In this document: piece by piece, positions 28,131-36,998 of the stretch
How positions within the stretch are numbered: position 1 is the first letter of the stretch
How the letters are laid out: the number at the start of each line of letters is the position of its first letter
From: Candidatus Dojkabacteria bacterium
Lineage (GTDB): Bacteria; Patescibacteriota; Dojkabacteria; GCA-002793355
Reading direction: 5' to 3'
Assembly: GCA_030583825.1 (NCBI GenBank)
Contig: CP129477.1
Coordinates: forward strand, 1,024,221-1,088,220
Length of the DNA stretch: 64,000 nt
Notes under the pieces: generated by a model
The model's database searches: none
What the model saw: only the letters and a program-made list of their open reading frames with translations
Told to the model about the DNA's origin: nothing
Made by a program: the position numbers and the translations under genes

Positions 28131-29159
28131 TTATTCTTCTTTCATACATAATCCTACAGAGACACAAAATCCTGGAGCCGATTTTTTAACGACGTCTGCC
28201 ATTCCTCCCGGAACAGAAACTGTTTTCCATGGATCTGCAATATACACTTCGTACCCTAGCACTGATTTCAAGTATTCTGGCAATGCAGGAAGAAGCGCAG
28301 CTTCTCCACAAATAAATACCGTTGTTGGAGGTTGTCTTCCAATTTCTCCTTTGTAAAATTCAAGTCCGCGCAATACTTCAGTTACAATCATATCAATGAC
28401 AGGTTTGAGAATATTATAGATTTTTCCATCTGCAGCAGAAGGATTAATACCATATGCTCGCTTATATTCTTCTGCCTGGGCGTACGATAGTTGAAATTCG
28501 TTAACCAGTGCTTTCGTTAAAAGGTCTGAGCCCGTGCTGATACTTTGAGAAAAGAATAGTTCTCCTCCAAGCATGACTGCCATATCGGTTGACTGTGCTC
28601 CAAAGTCAAGCATGATTCCATCTGCAATATTGTGATTACTTTTAATTGCTCGAAGAATAGAAAGTGTTTCTGATTCAATAGCAACAGGGGTTAATCCGGC
28701 TTTTTCTAAAATTTCAACATAAAGCTGTACCAATTTCTTGGGAGCTGCGACAGCAAGAATTTTTTTCTGACCAGATTGATCAGTCATTAGCTCAGTAAAG
28801 TCGCTTTGAACTTCTTCGACGGGATATGGAAGGAATTGCTTTAGCTGCCAATATACTGCATCTGTTAATTCGTTATCCGATACCTTTGGTACTGTTAACA
28901 TTCGGCTAAAGACAGCACTTTCTGGAAGTGCAACTGCGACTTCTTTTATTGGAACACGAGAATCAACGACAAGCTCTTTTAAGCTATCAATAAGCTGTTG
29001 TTTATGCTCATCTTTATAGCTGTTTAGTGTTCCTGGAGGCGTTTGTACCGATGCAATATTACGAAGATCCCAGCCTCCACCTCGACGAGTAATATACACG
29101 AGTTTTAATGTATTATTTCCAAAATCTATTGAAAAGTGTGGCGGAATTGGGGCAGCCAT
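28131..29159 (-). CDS. pilM: type IV pilus assembly ATPase-like protein PilM (actin fold)
   Basis: 342 aa with an actin-like fold (DFGAQSTDMAV, ICGEAALLP). It lies directly abutting pilN. Confidence 0.8.
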   Translation of the reverse strand: MAAPIPPHFSIDFGNNTLKLVYITRRGGGWDLRNIASVQTPPGTLNSYKDEHKQQLIDSLKELVVDSRVPIKEVAVALPESAVFSRMLTVPKVSDNELTDAVYWQLKQFLPYPVEEVQSDFTELMTDQSGQKKILAVAAPKKLVQLYVEILEKAGLTPVAIESETLSILRAIKSNHNIADGIMLDFGAQSTDMAVMLGGELFFSQSISTGSDLLTKALVNEFQLSYAQAEEYKRAYGINPSAADGKIYNILKPVIDMIVTEVLRGLEFYKGEIGRQPPTTVFICGEAALLPALPEYLKSVLGYEVYIADPWKTVSVPGGMADVVKKSAPGFCVSVGLCMKEE

Positions 29160-29332
29160 ACAAAAATATGCTTAATTAATTAGTACTAAAACATTATAGC
29201 AAACTATGGAAACTTGTATAGCCCCAGGTGGACGATAAATATCTTTTTCTGATACATTTTTATTTGTGAGTGAAGACAGGTTATTATCTATGAATTGCTT
29301 ACTTGTCTCTCCCCGTGATAAAATTCGTTGAC

Positions 29333-29403
29333 TGCGGGATCGTCTAATGGTAGGACTACGGCCTTTGGAGCCGTCTGTCTTGGTTCGAATCCAAGTCCCG
29401 CAA
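29333..29403 (+). tRNA. tRNA-Gln (anticodon TTG)
   Basis: TGCGGGA tc GTC taatggtag GAC t ACGGC cTTTGga GCCGT ctgt CTTGG ttcgaat CCAAG TCCCGCA a. The 3-bp D stem is typical of Gln/Glu tRNAs. Confidence 0.8.
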
Positions 29404-29559
29404 TTTTGTGAGTAGCTGCTTAGTAAGCAGGTAGTCATAAAATTTGTTGGTACGAAATTCTACCTTACAAAGTAAAGGTTCGCTCTTGAGTTTTTCCTTT
29501 TTATGGCTGCAACTAAACGAAAGCACCATCCAAGTCCCACAGCAATATATTCAAAGCTT

Positions 29560-30306
29560 TTAGATAACAAATTCAACTTCAATAGGAAAATGGTCTGAAC
29601 CAAAACTGTTATCTCCAATTGAGGATTGTTTTACTTTAAGGACGTTTGCTCCAACAATGTAGTCTAACTTAGTCCTCATTGTTAGAAATTTTTGTGTCGC
29701 GCCATATGGCACACAGTCCCTATATCTATATTGTTTCATAATATCTTCCACTGCTTCTTTCTCGTTTATAAAAAGATCCTTAAAACCATAACCGTAGATT
29801 AATGCAATAAAAAGATTTAAAGGTAGTGCTCCAAACGTATTGAAGTCACCGGCAATAATAGCCTTGTTATATTGTTCAAGTTTTGAAAAAATAGTTGCCA
29901 ACTCTAAAGATCTTTGAGTGGGCGGATATCCATTGGTTAAATGAACATTACATACAGCTATAGTCTTTCAATTGATAACGCATTCGGCAAAGTGAAAAGT
30001 CCTTGCTTCATCCCAATCGAGGAAGTGCTGAATTGCCGATTTCTTTTGCCCATTTAAAGGAAATTCATTACTATCTACGACTTTAATTGTATTCTTTAAT
30101 AATGTCACTAAGTAATATGTTTTTGAATACTGAATAAAATCATGAGATACAAGCGTATAGTACTCAGGCAGCTTCCGACGAATAAATGTTAACAATGGTA
30201 AAGATACTTCTTGCAAACAATATATATCAGCCTTATAGGCTTCGAAAAATTTATCAATGTTTCCTTCTTGATTGTTACTCGCAATATTCCAAGAAACTAT
30301 TTTCAT
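29560..30306 (-). pseudogene. endonuclease/exonuclease/phosphatase (EEP) family gene interrupted by a single in-frame TGA at 29968-29970
   Basis: ORFs 29968..30306 (MKIVSWNIASNN...CLQEV, the EEP N-terminus) and 29560..29901 (AGDFN...KLDYIV...SDHFPIEV, the EEP C-terminus) are in the same frame. They are separated only by TGA. The codons between them (KTIAVCNVHLTNGYPP) continue the EEP fold. Confidence 0.6.
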
Positions 30307-31028
30307 TCCAAAAGCTCATAAACTATATCTTTTATTTCCTCATTATTTTGCAATAACTCTTCAACCGTTGCTCCCTTTTCTTCTAATAAATACTGAACCA
30401 TCAGGTGATATCTCAGGTAAAGCCCCGATTCTTTAGGGTTAAATTCTCTTTCATTACTTCTTAATCTCTCTCTGGCATCTTCAAAGTTCAAACTTCCTTT
30501 CGCAACATAGTCAGCATATCCTTCCTGAACCCATACCGGCAAGTTGAAATATCGAAGCCTTCCCACTTCATTAACTGTCATCGCATGAGTAACTTCATGT
30601 GCAATGTAATAAGAGAGTGACCTATCTGGGTCATTGAGCAATACACCCGACGCCCTGATTATCTTATTTTGTGCGACATCCGAAGGACGAATAAAGGTAT
30701 TCCCATTAAAATAGATATACGCGATTCCCCCGACATTCTTATTAGTATTAGCAAAATATGTAAAACAAAATACAGTATCACAAAGAAAGACTTTATACAC
30801 CAATTGGGGATCATACAACGGAGAGTTCTTTATTTTGCTTAATGCAATATTTGCAACAGAAATCACGTTTTCCTGTTTCTCTCCATTTGAATATAGTTTC
30901 AAGTTTTCAACCTGAACAATGTCTTTAAAGAAAATCCCCGGAAAGAACAGCGTTAAAAGATAAAATCCGCCAAGAGTAAAGAGAGAAATTAGAAAAGTAA
31001 GTAATGCCTGCTTCATATTCCACTTCAT
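30303..31028 (-). CDS. membrane-anchored HExxH zinc metallopeptidase (hypothetical)
   Basis: The start is probably MKWNMKQALLTFLISLF (signal/TM) at 31028 rather than the track start at 31181. HEVTHAM is present, and EGYADYV may be the third zinc ligand. Its start overlaps the pseudogene's start region by 4 nt. Confidence 0.45.
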   Translation of the reverse strand: MKWNMKQALLTFLISLFTLGGFYLLTLFFPGIFFKDIVQVENLKLYSNGEKQENVISVANIALSKIKNSPLYDPQLVYKVFLCDTVFCFTYFANTNKNVGGIAYIYFNGNTFIRPSDVAQNKIIRASGVLLNDPDRSLSYYIAHEVTHAMTVNEVGRLRYFNLPVWVQEGYADYVAKGSLNFEDARERLRSNEREFNPKESGLYLRYHLMVQYLLEEKGATVEELLQNNEEIKDIVYELLE

Positions 31029-31070
31029 GATAGAGAGTATATCGCTTTGTTGAAAAGATTTCCTGTTGCA

Positions 31071-31090
31071 TAGTGAAACTAATTTCACTA
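31071..31090. promoter_or_regulatory. inverted repeat TAGTGAAA-n4-TTTCACTA upstream of the wHTH-Nudix paralog
   Basis: Read from the sequence. It lies in the divergent intergenic region between the peptidase and 31124..31813. Confidence 0.25.
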
Positions 31091-31123
31091 GATTCTCACC
31101 CCTTACCAGATTATACTTATTAC

Positions 31124-31813
31124 ATGACACATCTTCACCAAATACAAATGAAAATTTTGCGAGAGCTTTTGTTCCACCCAAAATCGAGATTCACCGATTT
31201 GAATATCTCTGGATTGTCGTCAGATCATTTTAGCTATCATATGCGAGAGCTCAAAAAGCTAGGACTGGTAGACAAAATCGAAGATACATACATTCTGAGC
31301 CACGATGGCAAAGAATTTGCAAATAGGATGGACACAGATAAAAATATTATGGAAAAGCAGCCAAAAGTTTCGGTTGTTATTTGTCCAGAACTTGAAATTA
31401 ACGGAGTAAAACATTACGCGGTACAAACACGCTTGAAAGAGCCTTATTATGGATATAATGGTTTTATAACAGGAAAAGTACGCTTTGGAGAAAAGATTGT
31501 CGAAGCAGCCGCTCGAGAACTTCTTGAAGAAATGGGTATAACCGCAACATTTACCCCAATGTACGTTCTCCATGAAATGGTGTACAACATGTCTGGTAAC
31601 ATGCTGGAAGATAAGTTTTTCCACGCAGTACTTGCCACAAATGTTAAAGGAAAACTCGTAACCGAAATTGAGGGTGGAAAAAATAGATGGGTCACCAAAA
31701 AAGAATTTGAAGAAATGGCCCCCAAGTATCACAACGAAGACGATATCTTTGCATGGTTCGATGCCAGAAAATATGAATTCATAGAGGAAACGTATTTTAT
31801 AGAATCGTTTTAA
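31124..31813 (+). CDS. winged-helix DNA-binding domain fused to a NUDIX hydrolase domain with an intact Nudix box (paralog of 13304..13987)
   Basis: The track ORF starts at 31073, but Met-18 at 31124 aligns with the paralog's start. The N-terminus, MKILRELLF...FSYHMRELKKLGLV, looks like a wHTH. The Nudix box GKVRFGEKIVEAAARELLEEMGI is intact. Confidence 0.55.
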   Translation: MTHLHQIQMKILRELLFHPKSRFTDLNISGLSSDHFSYHMRELKKLGLVDKIEDTYILSHDGKEFANRMDTDKNIMEKQPKVSVVICPELEINGVKHYAVQTRLKEPYYGYNGFITGKVRFGEKIVEAAARELLEEMGITATFTPMYVLHEMVYNMSGNMLEDKFFHAVLATNVKGKLVTEIEGGKNRWVTKKEFEEMAPKYHNEDDIFAWFDARKYEFIEETYFIESF

Positions 31814-31914
31814 AATTAGTTACACCGTACCTTAAGGACAAGAAATCGAGATTCTTATATGTCGCAAGTGTCGCACTGGACAAACTAAGAGTAAAGTACT
31901 ATAATACCAGCAGA

Positions 31915-33054
31915 ATGATTCCTCAAGAAACAAGAACTGGGGATACTAATGGGGGACAGAGCGACATACTCAGTCAAAACATGAGATTTTCTCTCCCAGA
32001 TGTCGCCTCAAGCGTCGAGATCGTATCTCAAGTAGACGCACGTGAAGCCGAACCAGATTCAAGTGGCAGATTTATCATCTATAAAACAAACGAAGTCTCT
32101 GCTTATTCTGCTCCAACCTCCCATATAGGAACATTAACAGAAGCCTATGAAAATGCAGTAAATATTGCTTATAGGGATAAATCAAAAGTAATACCTCCAG
32201 AAAGAACACTTCACATTGCGCGGGATGAATTGAGTGCCTGGTATATTTTTACTTACGAAGAAGAAGGCTTTGATCCAAACAGCAAGGAGTTTCAAAATGG
32301 AGGATTAATTGTCAGAGATGCGCAGGAGAGACGTTCAATAATCCTTGGAGGACTGATCGTCAAAAAACCAATAGACACTCAAACATACATTGAGGAATTT
32401 GTAACAACAAGCACAGAGTCACTTTCTTTACTTGAAGGTCAAATTCAAGAAAAATATGGAACATTAATTCCCGCTGAAATACTTGCAGAATTGTCAGTTG
32501 CAAATATTCCATTTATTGAGCTCAGCAGAGCAATTAATATATCTGGTGATAGATCAATTTTAAAAGATATACCTCCAGATATATTAATGCATATTCTCAA
32601 AGGACGGTCACTTCTTCGAGATATGAAACAATCTTTGTTTTGTGACGCAATAGATACTTCAAAAAGAACAATTCATGCACATGATACGTCTTTAGGTAAT
32701 CCATTAAGAGCAGGAATTGTTGGCGCAGTAGGCTTTCGCCAGGGGGGCCCAGATGCCTTAATGAACTTATTTACACGCCAGACACATATTATTACAGATG
32801 CTGTTCAAGAAGTAGAGTTCGAAGAAGATATCGCTTTTTTGAAAGGTTTCTATCCAGATATGCGCAAAAAAATACAACCAGAAGATCTAATTCGGCTACA
32901 ATATAGTACTCAAGGTCGGTATAGAAATCTTTTTACTGATGGCTTTTATAATACGTATAACGGGCCACACGGTGCGGGTACAAATCCATTGGTTCTTGCC
33001 GGAGCATTCTATCTACAACCAGAATGTGTTCCTGAATATACTCCCGCTGCATAA
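31915..33054 (+). CDS. hypothetical protein (379 aa)
   Basis: No family recognised. The N-terminal 60 residues are low-complexity, so the real start may be the internal Met (MRFSLPD). Confidence 0.3.
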   Translation: MIPQETRTGDTNGGQSDILSQNMRFSLPDVASSVEIVSQVDAREAEPDSSGRFIIYKTNEVSAYSAPTSHIGTLTEAYENAVNIAYRDKSKVIPPERTLHIARDELSAWYIFTYEEEGFDPNSKEFQNGGLIVRDAQERRSIILGGLIVKKPIDTQTYIEEFVTTSTESLSLLEGQIQEKYGTLIPAEILAELSVANIPFIELSRAINISGDRSILKDIPPDILMHILKGRSLLRDMKQSLFCDAIDTSKRTIHAHDTSLGNPLRAGIVGAVGFRQGGPDALMNLFTRQTHIITDAVQEVEFEEDIAFLKGFYPDMRKKIQPEDLIRLQYSTQGRYRNLFTDGFYNTYNGPHGAGTNPLVLAGAFYLQPECVPEYTPAA

Positions 33055-33154
33055 AAATATGTAACACCAAATTTTGTAAAAAGTGACCTTTTCTTTCAAT
33101 TTCCAGGTCTATAAGTCTCTCTTTCGCTTAAGATCGTTTCCACTATTATTTGGA

Positions 33155-33200
33155 TTGACATACTACATCTAGTAGTGTAATTTATAGTGTTATACTACTA
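33155..33200 (+). promoter_or_regulatory. putative nrdJ promoter (TTGACA ... TGTAAT) overlapped by nested palindromes (ACTAC-n5-GTAGT and TAGTAGTGTAA-n9-TTATACTACTA)
   Basis: TTGACA is at 33155-33160. A -10-like TGTAAT lies about 15 nt downstream. The palindromes were read directly from the sequence and sit about 55-95 nt upstream of the nrdJ ATG. Confidence 0.3.
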
Positions 33201-33253
33201 TTTGTATCTCTTAAGTAGTTATATCTCAAATTATTTTAGTTTTATTAAGCAAC

Positions 33254-36200
33254 ATGCCCGATGTAATCCCCCGCGAGTCAACTCAGCAAAATAAAGGTCT
33301 CTCTATTGACCGCGTATTTACCACTCCAGATCATAATAGACTTGAAGAGGTCATTTATGAAAGACGTATGTCAAAAATTACTGATGCTGCAGGCAAAGCA
33401 GTGTTTGAAAAAACAGACGTTGAAGTTCCTATCAGTTGGTCACAAGTCGCAACAGATGTTCTAGCACAAAAGTATTTTAGAAAAAAAGGCGTTCCTAAAA
33501 TTTTCACAGAAATGGACGATTTTTCTGTAGATGATAGCTACGAAAACGTTGTCGGTGACGGAAACCACGATGATGTTGAAACAACCGGAGAAAATTCTAT
33601 AAAGCAGGTTGCGCACCGTTTAGCCGGAACATGGGCATGGTGGGGTCATAAATACGGGTATTTTAAGACAAAAGCAGATGCAGAAGCCTTCTACGACGAA
33701 GTTAAATATACACTTATTAGTCAAATTGCAGCACCAAACTCTCCACAATGGTTTAATACTGGCCTACATTGGGCTTATGGCATTACAGGGCCATCTCAAG
33801 GACATTGGTATGTTGACCCTGATACAAAAGAACTTACCCCTTCACAAGACGCATATTCTCATCCTCAGCCTCACGCGTGTTTCATTCAGGAAGTAAATGA
33901 TGATCTTGTTAACGAAGGTGGAATTTTCGACTTAATTACAAAAGAGGCTCGCATTTTCAAGTATGGGTCAGGCACAGGCACAAACTTCTCTGCCCTTCGC
34001 GAAGAAGGCGCGCCACTTTCAGGTGGAGGAACATCTTCCGGCGTAATGAGCTTTTTGTCGATATTCGACCGAGCGGCTGCCTCAGTAAAATCCGGAGGAA
34101 CTACAAGACGTGCGGCAAAAATGGTCATTTTGAACATTGATCATCCTGATATTGAGAAGTTCATTAACTGGAAAGTAAAAGAAGAGCAAAAAGTTGTTGC
34201 ATTGGTCACAGGAAGTAAAATTGCAGCAAAACACCTGAAACAGATTATGCAAAGTGCAGAATCTCATGGCATTGATCCAAAGAAGAACAGTGAGCTGAAA
34301 AAGCTAATTAAAGCAGCAAAAGAAGTAGAAGTTCCACTCAACTATATAAAGAGAGTTTTAATGCTTGTTGAAAACGGAGTTCCTTCGTCACAGTTTGATT
34401 TCGCAAGCTTTGATACAGACTTTCGCTCAGAAGCATACACAACCGTAGACGGACAAAACTCAAATAATACTGTGCGCGTTACAAATGAATATATGGAAGC
34501 TATTGAAAAAGATGGCGACTGGGAACTGACAAGTAGAATTAACGGCAAAGTTGTCAAAACAATTAAAGCTCGAGATCTCTGGAATCAGATTGGTAATGCA
34601 GCATGGCAATCAGCAGACCCAGGCTTACAATTTGATACCACAATTAATGATTGGCATACTTCCCCTCAAGATGGAAGAATTAATGGCTCAAATCCTTGTT
34701 CTGAGTATATGTTCCTCGATGAAACTGCCTGTAACCTTGCTTCCATTAACCTCGATAAGTTCTACGATCCAGAGACACAAACATTTGATGTCGAAACATA
34801 TCGTCATGTCATTCGCTTGTGGACAATTATCCTTGAAGTTTCAGTATTAATGGCACAGCTTCCTTCAGCAAAAATGGCTGAACGAACCTACAAATATCGA
34901 ACATTGGGGCTTGGGTATGCAAACCTTGGAACAGTTATCATGAAATCCGGCCTTCCTTATGACAGCGACGAAGCACGTGGAATTGCCGGCTCACTGACCG
35001 CAGTTCTTACTGGAGAATCATATGCAACATCTGCAGAGATGGCACAAGCCCTTGGAACATTTGAAAGATTCGATGCAAATCGAGATGATATGCTCAGAGT
35101 TATACGCAATCACAGACTCGCAGCATACAATGCAAACAGTGAAGAATATGAGAATCTCTCTATTCCACCAATGGGTATAGATGCGGAAGTTACTCCTGAG
35201 TATCTCGTCAAAGCAGCACAGAAAAGCTGGGATAAAGCATTGGATTTCGGTGAAAAATATGGATATAGAAATGCACAAACAACTGTTATTGCTCCTACAG
35301 GCACAATTGGCCTCGTAATGGACTGTGATACAACAGGATTTGAACCAGATTTTGCACTTGTGAAATTCAAAAAGCTTGTTGGAGGAGGATATTTCAAGAT
35401 TGTAAACCAATCATTGGAGCATGCACTTGCCGTTCTTGGCTATGACAGCCTTCAAATCCAGGATATTATTACTTATGTTCTGGGAGCAGGAACACTTGAT
35501 ACTGCACCACATATTAATCGGCAAGCATTGCTACAAAAAGGCTTTACAGATGAAAAAGTTGACCTTATAAATTCTCAACTAAAGACTGCATTTTCTATTA
35601 CTTTTAGCTTTAACCGCTATGTATTAGGGGATGATTTTATAAAAGGACTTTTTCCTGATAAAGAAATTGACCTCGATGATCCTTCATTTAATTTGCTCAA
35701 AGAGCTTGGATTTTCTGACGACGAAATCGGTGAAGCAAACGAGTATATCTGTGGTTCTATGACAATTGAGGGAGCACCACATTTGAAAGAGGAGCACTAT
35801 GCAGTATTTGACTGCGCAACAAAGTGTGGAGCAAAAGGTACGCGATACATTGCTCCAATGGGCCATGTGAAAATGCTTGCCGCGGGCCAGCCATTTATCT
35901 CTGGTTCGATTAGTAAAACAGTGAACCTTCCAGAAGAGGCTACTCTTGAAGATATTGAACATACGTATATGCAAAGCTGGCACATGGGACTCAAGTGTAT
36001 TGCCCTTTACCGTGATGGTTCAAAGCTTTCACAGCCTTTGTCATCATCTTCTTCGGCAGACGATGTGTACTCGAAACTTTTTACCTTTGAGGACGAAACA
36101 GTAGTTACTCCGCAAGTTGTCTCTCAAGCTGTCCAAATAGAGCAAGCACAAAAATTAATGGCACTTCGCCGCAAGCTTCCAAATGAGCGACTTGGCATTA

Positions 36201-36880
36201 CTCATAAGTTTGAAGTTGGAGGACATGAGGGTTACATAACAGTTGGACTATTTGAAGACGGTACTCCTGGCGAAATCTTCCTCCGAATGAACAAAGAAGG
36301 AAGTACTTTAAGTGGAATCATGGACGCATGGGCAATCTCTTTGTCATTAAATTTGCAGTATGGTGTTCCATTGCAAGTATTAATCAATAAGTATGCTCAC
36401 TTGAGGTTTGAGCCGTCAGGCTTAACAAATAATAAGAGCATTCCTATGGCAAAATCTATTGTAGATTACCTCGCACGATGGCTTGCCTTAAAATTCCTGG
36501 ACACTGCATCTGCAAAGAAATATCACACAGAGGAGCTTGTAGAAAGATCCCACCGAAATGGTGATTTGAAAGCTTCAGATATCGCAATGCTGTATGGTAT
36601 GAAGCATAATGAACATCAAGCAGCTTCCACAACTAGTATTGTGCAACAAAATACCCCTGTGACTGAAAAGAAAGTTGTTGAGGAAGTTGTCCAAAAACAA
36701 CAAGAAGGGATATCATCAGAAGCTACAAACTTAGAGCAGTTGCAAAAAGATCAAATTAAACAGGCAATGGCGCAAAATAATGAAGATGCTCCAATTTGCC
36801 ACCAATGTGGTGCTGTAATGGTTCGAAACGGCTCATGCTATAAATGCCTTGAGTGCGGAACAACAACAGGATGTTCATAA
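33254..36880 (+). CDS. nrdJ: class II (adenosylcobalamin-dependent) ribonucleotide reductase, long form
   Basis: 1208 aa. The N-terminus (GLSIDRVFTT...EVIYERR) is NrdJ-type. The active-site block NPCSEYMF is present. The C-terminal Cys cluster CHQCGAVMVRNGSCYKCLECG fits the zinc-ribbon/redox tail. No ATP-cone and no intein motifs were seen. Confidence 0.85.
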   Translation: MPDVIPRESTQQNKGLSIDRVFTTPDHNRLEEVIYERRMSKITDAAGKAVFEKTDVEVPISWSQVATDVLAQKYFRKKGVPKIFTEMDDFSVDDSYENVVGDGNHDDVETTGENSIKQVAHRLAGTWAWWGHKYGYFKTKADAEAFYDEVKYTLISQIAAPNSPQWFNTGLHWAYGITGPSQGHWYVDPDTKELTPSQDAYSHPQPHACFIQEVNDDLVNEGGIFDLITKEARIFKYGSGTGTNFSALREEGAPLSGGGTSSGVMSFLSIFDRAAASVKSGGTTRRAAKMVILNIDHPDIEKFINWKVKEEQKVVALVTGSKIAAKHLKQIMQSAESHGIDPKKNSELKKLIKAAKEVEVPLNYIKRVLMLVENGVPSSQFDFASFDTDFRSEAYTTVDGQNSNNTVRVTNEYMEAIEKDGDWELTSRINGKVVKTIKARDLWNQIGNAAWQSADPGLQFDTTINDWHTSPQDGRINGSNPCSEYMFLDETACNLASINLDKFYDPETQTFDVETYRHVIRLWTIILEVSVLMAQLPSAKMAERTYKYRTLGLGYANLGTVIMKSGLPYDSDEARGIAGSLTAVLTGESYATSAEMAQALGTFERFDANRDDMLRVIRNHRLAAYNANSEEYENLSIPPMGIDAEVTPEYLVKAAQKSWDKALDFGEKYGYRNAQTTVIAPTGTIGLVMDCDTTGFEPDFALVKFKKLVGGGYFKIVNQSLEHALAVLGYDSLQIQDIITYVLGAGTLDTAPHINRQALLQKGFTDEKVDLINSQLKTAFSITFSFNRYVLGDDFIKGLFPDKEIDLDDPSFNLLKELGFSDDEIGEANEYICGSMTIEGAPHLKEEHYAVFDCATKCGAKGTRYIAPMGHVKMLAAGQPFISGSISKTVNLPEEATLEDIEHTYMQSWHMGLKCIALYRDGSKLSQPLSSSSSADDVYSKLFTFEDETVVTPQVVSQAVQIEQAQKLMALRRKLPNERLGITHKFEVGGHEGYITVGLFEDGTPGEIFLRMNKEGSTLSGIMDAWAISLSLNLQYGVPLQVLINKYAHLRFEPSGLTNNKSIPMAKSIVDYLARWLALKFLDTASAKKYHTEELVERSHRNGDLKASDIAMLYGMKHNEHQAASTTSIVQQNTPVTEKKVVEEVVQKQQEGISSEATNLEQLQKDQIKQAMAQNNEDAPICHQCGAVMVRNGSCYKCLECGTTTGCS

Positions 36881-36915
36881 AAGGCATTTAGTGTTCAAGG
36901 TTACTTTAGTGTAAA

Positions 36916-36949
36916 AGAGCGGTTCCGAAAGGAACCGCTCTTTCTTTTT
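36916..36949 (+). terminator. rho-independent terminator after nrdJ
   Basis: Perfect 11-bp stem agagcggttcc-gaaa-ggaaccgctct followed by ttcttttt. Confidence 0.7.
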
Positions 36950-36998
36950 AATATAGACTGTTTATTTACTAAACCATGCCCATTTGTTACAGTAAGAT

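Noticed and set aside
29172-29438. 88-aa minus-strand ORF
   Set aside because: It is antisense to tRNA-Gln.
29968-29970. Genome-wide UGA recoding (Gly or Trp) as the explanation for the in-frame TGA
   Set aside because: Other genes terminate at TGA in canonical ATGA stop/start overlaps (recG/SpoU MTase), and ORFs are otherwise long and unbroken, so the standard code applies.
33254-36880. Possible intein in the 1208-aa RNR
   Set aside because: No Cys/Ser-start or His-Asn-(Cys/Ser/Thr) splice-junction blocks were found. The extra length matches the long-form NrdJ insert domain and the C-terminal zinc ribbon.
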